From Alphaproteobacteria bacterium (GTDB taxonomy: Bacteria; Pseudomonadota; Alphaproteobacteria; CALKHQ01), in contig CBDDFZ010000002.1 in assembly GCA_965227515.1 (NCBI GenBank), positions 480,001 to 544,000 on the forward strand: DNA of 64,000 nucleotides. The letters are read 5' to 3'. Made by a program: the position numbers and the translations under genes. The notes beneath the pieces were generated by a model. The model searched no databases and was not told the DNA's origin. It worked only from the letters and a program-made list of their open reading frames with translations. Within the stretch, counting starts at the first letter, position 1, and the number at the start of each line of letters is the position of its first letter. Below are positions 49,159-58,765 of this stretch, piece by piece.

Positions 49159-50486
49159 GCCCCGATCCGGTCGAAGAAGTCGGTGATCACGTTGCGGCCC
49201 TCGGTCGGCGGGCAGCCGCACATGACAGCGATGGCAAGCCCCACGGTCGAGGTGACCGGCGTGTGGATGGCGCTGCCCATCCCATGCCCGGCCGAGAGGT
49301 TCATCACCAGGGTCGGGCAGCAGAACAGCGCCCGCCGCACCGTGGTCTGCCAGTCCTGGGGCAGCATGTTCTCGCGCTTCAGGGCGGCGATCATCGGCCG
49401 CCAGTAGCGCGCGATCTTGTCGGCCAGGAAGGCGGCGCGCAGCGGCGAGAGCTTCCAGTCGTGGCCGACCTCCAGCGTATCGCCGACGCGCTGCACGCTG
49501 GCCCGCAACTGCCCCACCGTCTCGCCCGGCTGATAGAGCCACAGCGGGTGGGCGAAGATATTGTGGAAGGTCGCCTTCACCTCGGCCAGCAGGGCGGGCA
49601 CGTGGCGGCCGGCGAACGCCGGGTCGAACCAGCTCAGGCTGGTCTTGCCGTCGGCGTCGGTCTGGTACCAGACATTGGCGTTATGGGCGTCGCCATGGGC
49701 GACCACGGCGGGGTAGCGGTCGATGGCGTCGGGGTGCAGGCGCTTCAGCGAGTCCGCGAACAGGTCGTCCAGCGTCATCGGATAGTCGCGGCCGTTGATC
49801 CGCCACTTGAGCTGGCGCAACTCGGCGGCCGGCAAGGTCACGCCTGGCAGCTCCATGATCCGGTCGTCGCCATAAAACCGGCGCACGCGCCCGCCCACCC
49901 GGTCGCGCCCACGGTCGTCGGTCAGCCGCCAGGTGAAGAGCTGCAGCAATGGCTCGGCCGCGTAGTCCGCCTTGTCGGCCCAGTGCAGCGTCTCCAGCGC
50001 GCGCTTGAGCACGATGTCGTCCAGGTCGGCCTGGGCGGTGATAAGCGGGCGCAGCTTGTCGAGATCGAACACGTCGTCGTGCGCCTTGCACACGTCGGCG
50101 AAGCGCGGCGCCTCGCGCACGTCATAGAGCAGGATCTGGCGCCCGACCTCCTTGCTGACATAGCGCGCGGTATCGACCGGATAGCCGGCCTCGGCCAGCA
50201 GCTCGGCGCGGTAGTATTCGCCCACCGTGTCCTCCTCGCCCTCCTCCTGGTGGAACTTGAAGAACATCCGGCTGCCGTCTTTCATCGACACGAACCCGTT
50301 GACCGAGTTCAGCGAATAGCCGTCGCGGCGAATGTCGACCCCAGCCACATCAAGCCGGAAGGTGGAGCCGATCAGGTCGGCCAGCAGCGCCTCGGCCGCC
50401 GGCTGGTCGCCGTCGGCCAGCCGCGCCCGCACTGCGGCCAACGGGCCGATCGCGGCCTCCGGGCCAACCGCCGCGCTGTCAGTCAT
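49155..50486 (-). CDS. Kinase-fold (APH/choline-kinase-like) phosphotransferase, uncharacterised
   Basis: SLNSVNG...FFKFH (beta3 Lys), catalytic loop HGDAHNAN, metal-binding FDP; start overlaps the hisD-like stop. Confidence 0.65.
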   Translation of the reverse strand: MTDSAAVGPEAAIGPLAAVRARLADGDQPAAEALLADLIGSTFRLDVAGVDIRRDGYSLNSVNGFVSMKDGSRMFFKFHQEEGEEDTVGEYYRAELLAEAGYPVDTARYVSKEVGRQILLYDVREAPRFADVCKAHDDVFDLDKLRPLITAQADLDDIVLKRALETLHWADKADYAAEPLLQLFTWRLTDDRGRDRVGGRVRRFYGDDRIMELPGVTLPAAELRQLKWRINGRDYPMTLDDLFADSLKRLHPDAIDRYPAVVAHGDAHNANVWYQTDADGKTSLSWFDPAFAGRHVPALLAEVKATFHNIFAHPLWLYQPGETVGQLRASVQRVGDTLEVGHDWKLSPLRAAFLADKIARYWRPMIAALKRENMLPQDWQTTVRRALFCCPTLVMNLSAGHGMGSAIHTPVTSTVGLAIAVMCGCPPTEGRNVITDFFDRIGA

Positions 50487-51816
50487 CGAAATCGTGCATG
50501 ATCCGCATGCGCTCGGCCGAGACCGCGTGGGCGTGGCCGTCGAAGCCCTCGTAGCGGGCCAGGCGCTCGGCATGCTGCGCCATTTCGCCATAGGCGGTGG
50601 CGGTGACCTGGCCGATGGAGATACGCTTGGTGAAGTCGTAGACCGACAGCGGCGAGTGGGTGCGCGCGGCACCCGAGGTCGGCAGCACCGCGTTCGGCCC
50701 AAGCACGAAGTTGCCCAGCGGAATCGGCGTGTAGGGGCCGAGCAGCACCTCGCCGGCATTCACGATGCGGCCCAGATAGGCCAGCGGATCGTCGGACACG
50801 ATCTCCAGGTGCTCCGGCGCGTAGGCGTTCACGAAGTCGATGGCGTCGTCCATGTTCTCCGCGACGACGATGCCGCCGCGCGGCCCGCACAGCACGGTGG
50901 ACGAGAACTCGACCCGCTGTGCGCCCATGGCCTGCCAGTGCTGCGGGATGGCCTGCGCCGCCACCTCCGCCACCAGGTCGCTGTCGGTGACCAGGAAGGC
51001 TGAGCTGTCCGGCCCGTGCTCGGATTCCACGATCAGGTCCATGGCGGCGATGGCGCCGTCGGCGCTGGCATCGGCGAGCACGATGGACTCCGACGGGCCC
51101 GCCGGCAGGCCGGTGTCGATGACGCCGGCCAGCACCCGCTTGGCGGCCACCACCCAGGGGCTGCCCGGCCCGACGATCTTGGCGCAGCGCGGCACGGTCT
51201 GGGTGCCGTAGGCGACCGCCGCCACGCCCTGCGCGCCGCCGCACTTGTAGACGTTCTCCACCCCCGCGACCCTTGCGGCGACCAGGGTTGCCGCGTCGAT
51301 CCCGCCGTCCGGCGTCGGCGGCGTGATCAGCGCGATCTCCGGCACGCCGGCGACCACGGCCGGGATCGTCGTCATCAGCGCGACCGACGGGAAGGCGCCC
51401 TTGCCGCGCGGCACGTAGCAGGCGACCGAGGGGATCGGCACGGTCTTCTCTCCGGCAAACACGCCGGGGCGGACCTCGTGCATCCACATCGGCTCAGGCT
51501 TCTGGCGCTCATGGAAGTTGCGGATGCCGTCGGCGGCATAGCGGATGGAGGCCAGCACGTCCGGCTCCAGCGCCTTGAACGCGGCGTCGAAGTCCGCCTT
51601 GGTGGCCTTGATCGCGTCCGCCTTCACGTCCGCCTTGTCGAACTCCTGGCCGAACGCCGCCAGCGCCTTGTCGCCCTCGATCCGTACCCGGGTGATAATA
51701 GGCGCGACCCGCGCGATGAAGTCGTCGAGGTCGGCCTCGGAGCGCACGAACAGGGCTTCGCGGTCCTTCTGCGAGAGGGAGCTCAGGCGGTGGATGCTGA
51801 TCTGGCGGTCGGACAA
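50479..51816 (-). CDS. Histidinol dehydrogenase-family paralog
   Basis: YVPRGKG, GGAQGVAAVAYGT, KIVGPGS, PAGPSE, YAPEHL, EGFDGHA; TTG start; altered metal/substrate motifs. Confidence 0.85.
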   Translation of the reverse strand: MSDRQISIHRLSSLSQKDREALFVRSEADLDDFIARVAPIITRVRIEGDKALAAFGQEFDKADVKADAIKATKADFDAAFKALEPDVLASIRYAADGIRNFHERQKPEPMWMHEVRPGVFAGEKTVPIPSVACYVPRGKGAFPSVALMTTIPAVVAGVPEIALITPPTPDGGIDAATLVAARVAGVENVYKCGGAQGVAAVAYGTQTVPRCAKIVGPGSPWVVAAKRVLAGVIDTGLPAGPSESIVLADASADGAIAAMDLIVESEHGPDSSAFLVTDSDLVAEVAAQAIPQHWQAMGAQRVEFSSTVLCGPRGGIVVAENMDDAIDFVNAYAPEHLEIVSDDPLAYLGRIVNAGEVLLGPYTPIPLGNFVLGPNAVLPTSGAARTHSPLSVYDFTKRISIGQVTATAYGEMAQHAERLARYEGFDGHAHAVSAERMRIMHDFDD

Positions 51817-52127
51817 TGCAGGCTCCGGATGCGTGCGGGAAACGGGCGGCCCTGCTCTAGCGGTTAGCCTCGCGGCTGTCGACCCCAACGTTGCCACAGG
51901 CAGGGGGCCGGCCTGGGCTGGTCTGGGCCAAAGTGGGAAATGGCGGGAAAGTTCGGGATTGCCGGGGCCTGGCGGGGAAGTTCCGGGAGATTTCTGGGGC
52001 GGCATGGAATCGCATGGGCGGCTGGCGGCAATTTGACCGCTATTCCAACCCGGCAGGCCCGGATACGGTGCCTCTCGCTACAGTTCTGGCGCCAACTTTG
52101 CCCGATTTTCGGTGTTATGGACCCGGT

Positions 52128-52457
52128 ATGAGCTCCCAAACGACGACGCACTCCGCCAGGTTCCGGGTTGGCCAGGTGATTCAGCACCGCCTGTTCGAGT
52201 ATCGCGGCGTGGTGTTCGACGTCGATCCGGTGTTCCAGGGCAGCGACGAGTGGTACGAGCGGATGGCGCAGACGCGCCCGCCCAGGAACCAGCCCTGGTA
52301 CCACGTGCTGCCGGACGGCGAGACCCACACCACCTATGTGGCGGAGCGCAATCTGACCGAGTGCGAGACGCCGCACCCGATCAGCCACCCCGAGCTCGAC
52401 CGGCACTTCACCCGCTTCGCCCGTGGGGCCTATGTGCTGCGGCGCCGGGCGAACTAA
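52128..52457 (+). CDS. hspQ: Heat-shock protein HspQ (YccV-like)
   Basis: ARFRVGQVIQHRLFEYRGVVFDVDP...QPWYHVL...TYVAERNL. Confidence 0.93.
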   Translation: MSSQTTTHSARFRVGQVIQHRLFEYRGVVFDVDPVFQGSDEWYERMAQTRPPRNQPWYHVLPDGETHTTYVAERNLTECETPHPISHPELDRHFTRFARGAYVLRRRAN

Positions 52458-52482
52458 GCACCAATAGACCACACACTCAATC

Positions 52483-52593
52483 GTCATGCCCGCACTTGTT
52501 GCGGGCATCCACGTCTTTGTTCGAGAGCAAAAAGTCGTGGATACCCGTGTCTCGGCCCCCGCATAAAAAATCGGGGGCCGGCCCGGGCATGAC
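52483..52593. repeat. Paired-hairpin REP-like element
   Basis: GTCATGCCCGCACTTGTTGCGGGCATCCACGT...CCCGGGCATGAC; left arm identical to the one at 61248. Confidence 0.8.
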
Positions 52594-52693
52594 GTGGTGG
52601 TCGTGTGGGTCGCATGCAGCTTGCGAAGCCTCCTTGCTGACTTCCCCCGATTGACTTCCGGGACGGCGGGGACCAGACTCCCGTTCACAACAT

Positions 52694-52778
52694 GGCTGGG
52701 GTGTCCGTGGCCGATGGCGGCGACGGGCTGAGATCACACCCATCGAACCTGATCTGGATCATGCCAGCGCAGGGAGCC
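52694..52778 (+). ncRNA. TPP riboswitch (THI element)
   Basis: GGGGTG...GCTGAGA...ACCC...GAACCTGATCTGGATCATGCCAGCGCAGGGA conserved core; downstream ACCTCC/CCCTCCC complementary to RBS GGGAGGT. Confidence 0.93.
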
Positions 52779-52870
52779 CGACCGGACCGCGACAGAACGC
52801 ACCTCCGGACCCTCCCGAAAAGCCGGCATGCCACCACCGAACGGTTCGGCGCCTGTTTGGGAGGTTGAAC

Positions 52871-54022
52871 ATGCTTATCCGGACGACACGTATGTGCGGG
52901 ATCGCCGCGATGGCCGCATTCGCCCTTGCCACATCCGCCATTGGCGCCGGCCAGGCCGCGGCCGAGGACATCTCGCTGCCGATCCTGGTGCCGATCACCG
53001 GCTTCCTGGCGCTGGAGGGGACCAGCCAGCGCAATGGCGCGCTTTTGGCGCTGGAGAATCTGCCCGCGTCCCTGACCGTCGAGGCGGAGGTCACCGACAC
53101 CGGCACGTCGCCGGAGGGCGCGGTCACCGCGTTCGAGCGCGCGCTCAGCGGTGGCAGCCCGCTCGCCATGGTCGCGCCGATGCTGGGCACCCAGATGCTG
53201 GCCATCCTGCCGCTGGCCGCCGACTACGAGGTGCCGCTGATCACCATCTCCGGCACCGCCGCGATCACAGAGCAGGGCAACCCCTGGATCTTTCGCTTCT
53301 TTCCCGGCGACGCGGTGGTGAAGGTGGCGCACGCCCGCTATGCGGTGGAGGAGGTCGGCATGGCGGCGCCCGCGATCATCTACCAGACCACCGCCTATGG
53401 GCAGAGCGGCCACGCCCATCTGGTCGAGAACCTGACCGTGCTTGGCGCCGCCCCGGTGCTGGAAGAAGGCATCGCCACCGATGTGCGCGAGATGGCGCCC
53501 GTGCTGGCCCGCGCGCAGGAGGCCGGCGCCGACGGCCTGATCCTCCACCTGCACGCCGGGTCGACCGCGCTGGTCATCCGCCAGGCCCGCGCCATGGGTT
53601 GGGACGTGCCGATTGTCGCCGGCTCCGCCATGCACCAGCCGTCGACCGCCGCGCTGCTGGAGCCGGCCGAGCTTGCCGGCGTGTGCGCCGAGACCGGGTC
53701 GTCGCCGATCTCCGGCGGCTCGCCCGAGATCGAGGCTTGGGCCGCGCGCTACCAGGAGCGCTTCGACGGGCCGCCCGACGCCTTCGCGCTGGCCCAGTAT
53801 GATGCAGTGCGCATCGTGCTCCAGGCGGCGGCCGATGGCGTGACCTCGCCCGAGGCGTTGCGCGACTGGCTGGGCCATTTCAGCACGCCGGGGCTCGCCA
53901 TGACCTACAAGTCGGACGGCACCGGCAACATGGCCCATGACGCGGTGATCATCTGCTACGGCGGCGAGGACCGGGTGCCGGAGATCGTGAAGCGCTACGA
54001 GAACGTCGACGGCGTGCTGTAG
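52871..54022 (+). CDS. LIV-type ABC substrate-binding protein under TPP riboswitch
   Basis: Signal peptide; PITG...GTSQRNG, WIFRF, AYGQ, YDAV (periplasmic binding protein type I). Confidence 0.88.
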   Translation: MLIRTTRMCGIAAMAAFALATSAIGAGQAAAEDISLPILVPITGFLALEGTSQRNGALLALENLPASLTVEAEVTDTGTSPEGAVTAFERALSGGSPLAMVAPMLGTQMLAILPLAADYEVPLITISGTAAITEQGNPWIFRFFPGDAVVKVAHARYAVEEVGMAAPAIIYQTTAYGQSGHAHLVENLTVLGAAPVLEEGIATDVREMAPVLARAQEAGADGLILHLHAGSTALVIRQARAMGWDVPIVAGSAMHQPSTAALLEPAELAGVCAETGSSPISGGSPEIEAWAARYQERFDGPPDAFALAQYDAVRIVLQAAADGVTSPEALRDWLGHFSTPGLAMTYKSDGTGNMAHDAVIICYGGEDRVPEIVKRYENVDGVL

Positions 54023-54041
54023 CGCGCGGCAAGCTGCCGCC

Positions 54042-54917
54042 ATGCTCACCGTCCAGCTCATCGCCAACTGCCTGGCGCTGGGGGCCGCCTACACGCTGGC
54101 CGCCCTCGGCTTCGTGCTGATCCTGAACGCGGTCAGCGCGGTTAACTTCGCCCATGGCGACCTGGTGGTCTCCGGCGGGCTGCTGGCGGCGGCGACCGCC
54201 AGCGCGGTGCCGCTGCCCGGCATCGCATTGCTGCCTGCGATCATGCTGGCGATGGCCTTCGTTGGCCTGGTGGTCGCCGTTGTCGCCTACTTGCCGCTGA
54301 GGCGGCAGCCGCCGGTCAGCGTGTTCGTCAGCACCATCGCGGTCGGCATCATCCTGCAGAACGGGCTGCTCGGCGCGTTCGGGCCGGAGCCGCAGAGCGT
54401 GCCGGCGATGCTGCCGGCCATGCTGCCGGCCACTGGCAGCGTGGCCGGTGTCTCGGTGCAGCAGGTCGCTGTCATTGCCGCCGCGGCGGTGCTGGTGGCC
54501 GGGCTGTGGGCGCTGCTGGAGCGCACCCAGATCGGCCGCCGGCTGCGCGCCAGTGCCCAGGACCCAGACATGGCCCGCGCGCTCGGCATCCCGGTCCGCC
54601 GCATGGTGCTGCTGAGCTTCGCCTTGGCGGCGGCGCTGGCGGGTGCCGCCGGTGTGCTGCTGGGCCACAATTTCTTCATGGAGCCGCACCAGGGCACCGA
54701 CTTCATGCTGAAGGCCTATATCGCCGTCACCATCGGCGGCTGGGGGCGGCTGAGCGGGGCGGTGCTCGGCGCCATGATCATCGCCGCGTTCGAGGTGCTG
54801 GTGGCGGCCTGGATCTCCTACACCGCCGGGCAGGTGGCACTCTATGCCGCGCTGCTGCTGGTGCTGATGGTGCGGCCGCACGGCCTGATGGGCGAAGTCG
54901 CCTACCGCCGGGCATGA
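54042..54917 (+). CDS. LivH-like ABC permease
   Basis: YTLAALG...VNFAHGDL, GRRLRA, IGGWG, RPHGLMG. Confidence 0.9.
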   Translation: MLTVQLIANCLALGAAYTLAALGFVLILNAVSAVNFAHGDLVVSGGLLAAATASAVPLPGIALLPAIMLAMAFVGLVVAVVAYLPLRRQPPVSVFVSTIAVGIILQNGLLGAFGPEPQSVPAMLPAMLPATGSVAGVSVQQVAVIAAAAVLVAGLWALLERTQIGRRLRASAQDPDMARALGIPVRRMVLLSFALAAALAGAAGVLLGHNFFMEPHQGTDFMLKAYIAVTIGGWGRLSGAVLGAMIIAAFEVLVAAWISYTAGQVALYAALLLVLMVRPHGLMGEVAYRRA

Positions 54918-56638
54918 GCGCGCGCGCCGGCACGGCCGTCGACATTGGCGCGGGCATCGTTGCCGCCCTGCTGATCGCCGCGGCGGCCCTGTTCGGCGAT
55001 CCCTACACCCAGCGCGTGCTGACCATCGCCGGCGTCTACGCCATCAACGTCATCGGCTACCAGCTTGTGTTCGGCCACCTGGGCGCGCTGTCGCTGGCAC
55101 AGGGCGCCTTCTTCGGCCTCGGCGCCTACACCACCAGCCTGCTGGCGCTGAACGCCGGCCTGCCGTTCCCGTTGACGCTCGCCGCATCCGTGGCGGTGCC
55201 GACGCTGCTGGCGGCGGTGATCGCGCTGCCGGTACTGCGCCTGGAGTCGCACTATTTCGCGCTCGCCACCCTCGGCATCGCGCAAGTGATCCTGGTCGTC
55301 GCAGTCAACTGGACGGCGGTGACGGGCGGCGCCAATGGGCTGCCCAACGTGCCCGGCATCGCGTTCGGCGAGGTGCCGCTGGGGCGTGGCTGGCCGACCA
55401 TGCTGGCGGTGTGGACGGGTGTCGTGGTGGTCGCGGTGGCCGCGCTGGCCTGGCTGCGGCCGCGCCGCCGGCTGGCGCTGGGGCTCGCGCGGCAACAGCC
55501 GATGGCCGCCGCCGCTGTCGGCATCGACATCGCGCGCCTGCGCTTCGCCGCCTTCCTGATGAGCGCGGCCTGCGGCGGGGTGGCGGGCGCGCTCTACGTC
55601 CATACCACGCGGGTGATCTCGCCCGACGCGCTCGGCTTCTCGGTGATGGTGACCACGCTCGCCATGACGGTGATCGGTGGCCGCCTGCGCATCGCCGGTG
55701 CCCTGATCGGCGCGCTGTTGTTGGCCCACGTGCCGGAGTGGCTGCGCTTCCTGGGCCAGTATTATCTGATCGCCTATGGCGTGGCTTTGCTTGCCTTCGT
55801 GGTGCTGGCGCCGGACGGGATCGCCGGCTGGCTCGCGCGCCTGGTGCCTGTCGGCAAGCCATCCCATGTCGGAGAGCCGCCCAGTGCCCCACACCCTGTG
55901 CCGGCGGCGGCGTCGCTGGCGGGCCCGGTGCTGGCGGCGGCGCAGGTCTGCAAGCACTATGGCGGCGTGTGGGCGGTCGATGGCGTCGATCTTGAGGTCG
56001 GCGCCGGCGAGGTCCACGGCATCATCGGCGCCAACGGATCGGGCAAGACGACGCTGCTGAACTGCCTCGGCGGCACGGTCCGCGCCGATGGCGGCACGAT
56101 CCAATTCTGCGGTGAGGACATCACCGCCTGGTCCGCCGACCGCCGCGCCCGCGACGGCATCGCGCGCGCATTCCAGACCTCGATGTTGCTGGAGGGCGAG
56201 ACCGTGCGCGACAACGTCGCGGCTGGGTGGCTGGGCGAGGGCGGCCTCGATGGCGCGCGCGCCGAGGCCGATGCGGTACTCGCCCGCTGCGGCTTGGCCG
56301 GTGCGGGGGACAGCGCGGCGGGTGAGCTGCCGATGGCCCTGCGCCGCCGGGTCGAGATCGCCCGCGCGCTGGTCGGCCGGCCCCGGCTGGTGCTGCTGGA
56401 CGAGCCCGCCGCCGGCCTGACCGAGGGCGAGCAGGAGATCCTGGCCGACATGATCGCCGGGGCCGCGACGAACGGTGTCGCCTGGATCGTCGTCGACCAC
56501 CATCTGCCGTTCCTCCGCCGGGTCGCCGGCCGGTTGCACTGTATGGCCGAGGGTCATGTGATCGCCAGTGGCGCACCCGATGCGGTGCTGGACGACCCGG
56601 CGGTGCGGCGCGGTTATTTCGGCGAGGCGTCCCCATGA
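54914..56638 (+). CDS. Fused LivM permease / LivG ATPase
   Basis: SLAQGAFFGLGAY and YFALATLG followed by GANGSGKTT, GIARAFQ, LLDEP in one frame. Confidence 0.88.
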   Translation: MSARAGTAVDIGAGIVAALLIAAAALFGDPYTQRVLTIAGVYAINVIGYQLVFGHLGALSLAQGAFFGLGAYTTSLLALNAGLPFPLTLAASVAVPTLLAAVIALPVLRLESHYFALATLGIAQVILVVAVNWTAVTGGANGLPNVPGIAFGEVPLGRGWPTMLAVWTGVVVVAVAALAWLRPRRRLALGLARQQPMAAAAVGIDIARLRFAAFLMSAACGGVAGALYVHTTRVISPDALGFSVMVTTLAMTVIGGRLRIAGALIGALLLAHVPEWLRFLGQYYLIAYGVALLAFVVLAPDGIAGWLARLVPVGKPSHVGEPPSAPHPVPAAASLAGPVLAAAQVCKHYGGVWAVDGVDLEVGAGEVHGIIGANGSGKTTLLNCLGGTVRADGGTIQFCGEDITAWSADRRARDGIARAFQTSMLLEGETVRDNVAAGWLGEGGLDGARAEADAVLARCGLAGAGDSAAGELPMALRRRVEIARALVGRPRLVLLDEPAAGLTEGEQEILADMIAGAATNGVAWIVVDHHLPFLRRVAGRLHCMAEGHVIASGAPDAVLDDPAVRRGYFGEASP

Positions 56639-57273
56639 GCCCGATCGGCGCCGTGCTGGACATTCGCGGGCTGGAGGTGCGCCGTGGCGGCGCGCCGGTG
56701 CTGGACGGGTTCTCGCTCGATGTGGAGGGGGGAGCGCTGGTCGCGGTGGTTGGCCCGAACGGCGCCGGCAAGTCGACGCTGCTGCAGGCGGCCATGGGCC
56801 TGCTGCCCGTGTCCGGCGGGTTCGTTGCGCTGGCTGGCCGCGATATCACGAGACTGCCGCCCGAGGCACGGGCGCGGGCCGGCATCGGCTATGTGCCGGA
56901 GGGCAGGCGGGTCTTTCCCGGCATGACCGTGCGCGACAATTTCATGGTCGCGGCCGATTGCGCGGCGGCCGCGCGGGCGGAGCGCCTGGATCGGGTGCTG
57001 GCCCTGTTCGGCGGGCTGCGCGCCAAGCTGGAGGACCGGGCGTGGACGCTCTCCGGTGGCCAGCAGCAGATGGTCGCCATCGGTCGCGCGCTGATGACGG
57101 CACCGCGCCTGCTCCTGCTCGACGAGCCGACCCTGGGGCTTGCGCCCGCGCTGGCCGGCGAGGTGATGGCCCAACTGCGCCGCATCGCCGACGAGGGCAC
57201 CGCCGTGCTGGTCGCCGAGCAGAACGTCGCCGCCGTGAAGCCCTGGGCGGATCGGCTGGTTGAATTGAATTAG
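56635..57273 (+). CDS. LivF-like ABC ATP-binding protein (short C-terminus)
   Basis: GPNGAGKST, VPEGRR, LSGGQQQM, LLDEPT; ends just after the AEQN switch region. Confidence 0.88.
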   Translation: MSPIGAVLDIRGLEVRRGGAPVLDGFSLDVEGGALVAVVGPNGAGKSTLLQAAMGLLPVSGGFVALAGRDITRLPPEARARAGIGYVPEGRRVFPGMTVRDNFMVAADCAAAARAERLDRVLALFGGLRAKLEDRAWTLSGGQQQMVAIGRALMTAPRLLLLDEPTLGLAPALAGEVMAQLRRIADEGTAVLVAEQNVAAVKPWADRLVELN

Positions 57274-57292
57274 TTTGTTTCTCGCTTACGCG

Positions 57293-57380
57293 AAGTCGGC
57301 ACCAGCCCGCACCCCCACCCGGCCGCCCAACGATAGTATCCTGCCTGGGAGGCCGGGAGGGGGTGTGGGCCGGCGCAGAT
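57293..57380 (+). repeat. Long-stem palindromic repeat with AGTATCCTG loop, copy 4 of 4
   Basis: CCCGCACCCCCACCCGGCCGCCCAACGATAGTATCCTGCCTGGGAGGCCGGGAGGGGGTGTGGG. Confidence 0.85.
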
Positions 57381-57562
57381 CGAACAAGAAGCGCTTTAGC
57401 TGCATGATTGCCAGCGCCCGCGCTGCCCTGATATCGGTGTCGCGGCGGTTCGCCGTGGCTGGCTTGCGAGTCGGCCGGCAAGCCGTCGCTGCCCGGACCC
57501 GGCGATGCCCTATCTGTTGACGTTCGTTCTGCTCTGTCTGCTTGGACTGCTGGTGACCTGCG

Positions 57563-58429
57563 TTGCGTAAGACCCTGCTCGTCCTCACCGCTGTCATGGC
57601 CGCGCTGGTCGCGGGCTGCGAAGTGGTGCCGCGCGTGATGGAGCCTGGCGCCGCACCGCCGGGCCTGGCCCTGCTGCCGCAGGATCGCGCCGGCATAGTG
57701 GTCGATCCGGTGGGCGGCGTCTCCGAGCCCTTTGCCACCGATATGGCGCGCGAGGTGGTCGAGGGCCTGATCGATGCCAACGTCCCCGCCAGCCTGGGGC
57801 GCGGCGCCGCGCAGAGCTATCGCCTGAAGGGCTCGGCCAGCATGGTCGACCGTGGCAACGGCATGATGCAGCTCTATGTCGACTGGGCGCTGCGCGACCC
57901 GGCCGGCGCACTGGTCGGGCAGTTCGAGGACAACACCCTGGCACCCAGGGAGAGCCCGGAGACCGCAGGCTATCTGGCCGACCTGGCGCGCGATGCCGCA
58001 CCGCGGCTGGCAGCCCTGATCCAGGACGAGGTGCCGGTGTCGATGGTTCCGGTGGCGGCGCCCGCTGGCGGTGTGACGGTGGCTGTCGGGCCGATCACCG
58101 GCGCGCCCGGCACCGGGTCCGACGATCTTATGCGGGCGGTGCGCGGCAACCTGCCCTTGTTCGGCATGCGCATCGTCGACGACGCGGCGGTCGCCAGCCA
58201 CCGGTTGACCGGCGAGATTGCGGTCGGCCCCGTAAGCAATGGCGCGCAAAGCGTGTCGCTAACCTGGCGGCTGTTGGATGCGGCCGGCGAGGAACTCGGC
58301 CGGCTCGATCAGGATAACCAGGTGGCGGCCGGCAGCCTGGACGGCAGCTGGGCCGGCGTCGCCTCGGTCATCGCCGAAGGCGTGGCCGGCGGCGTGGCGC
58401 AGATCCTGGCCCAGACCGGCGCGTTGTGA
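57563..58429 (+). CDS. Putative lipoprotein with two related alpha/beta domains
   Basis: Lipobox LVAGC; repeated WxLxDxxGxxxG motif (WALRDPAGALVG, WRLLDAAGEELG). Confidence 0.75.
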   Translation: MRKTLLVLTAVMAALVAGCEVVPRVMEPGAAPPGLALLPQDRAGIVVDPVGGVSEPFATDMAREVVEGLIDANVPASLGRGAAQSYRLKGSASMVDRGNGMMQLYVDWALRDPAGALVGQFEDNTLAPRESPETAGYLADLARDAAPRLAALIQDEVPVSMVPVAAPAGGVTVAVGPITGAPGTGSDDLMRAVRGNLPLFGMRIVDDAAVASHRLTGEIAVGPVSNGAQSVSLTWRLLDAAGEELGRLDQDNQVAAGSLDGSWAGVASVIAEGVAGGVAQILAQTGAL

Positions 58430-58456
58430 TTGCGGAGGCGTTGTAGCGGCGAATTC

Positions 58457-58565
58457 GTAGCCCGGGTGGAACAACGTGGAACCCGGGTTGCGCTGCGCTC
58501 CACCCAGGCTACGGTCGCTGGTCAATTACCCTGGTTGTCACCCTCGCCACGAGGGCGAGGATGAC
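58457..58565. repeat. GTAG-type REP doublet remnant plus a collapsed REP-like hairpin
   Basis: GTAGCCCGGGTGGA...TCCACCCAGGCTAC (58457-58512); GTCACCCTCGCCACGAGGGCGAGGATGAC (58537-58565). Confidence 0.65.
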
Positions 58566-58603
58566 AAGGGTGTGTGGGGCAAGCGCTCTCGGTACCGCGC
58601 GCG

Positions 58604-58732
58604 TCACCAAACGGCGGCGCGGGCGACCGCGGTGACGAGCAGGCTGCCGAAAACGATCAGCAACAGCGTAACAGGGCGACGCGACGCCCAGAGCACCGCC
58701 CGCAGCGTGATCCGCATCGCGGCGATGATCAT
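58604..58732 (-). CDS. Possible 42-aa hydrophobic small protein
   Basis: MIIAAMRITLRAVLWASRRPVTLLLIVFGSLLVTAVARAAVW*, GC3-rich codons, just downstream of the dehydratase; no clear RBS. Confidence 0.4.
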   Translation of the reverse strand: MIIAAMRITLRAVLWASRRPVTLLLIVFGSLLVTAVARAAVW

Positions 58733-58765
58733 CGAAAGGCCGGCGGCGTTGCGCCCGTCACGCCG

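Noticed and set aside
50479-51816. Assigning hisD or hpsN
   Set aside because: Key motifs differ from canonical HisD, and neither his nor hps operon context is present
51930-52000. Imperfect G-rich tandem repeat (TGGCGGGAAAGTTCGGGA / TGGCGGGGAAGTTCCGGGA) between the hisD-like gene and hspQ
   Set aside because: Only two degenerate copies; cannot be distinguished from chance or a local duplication
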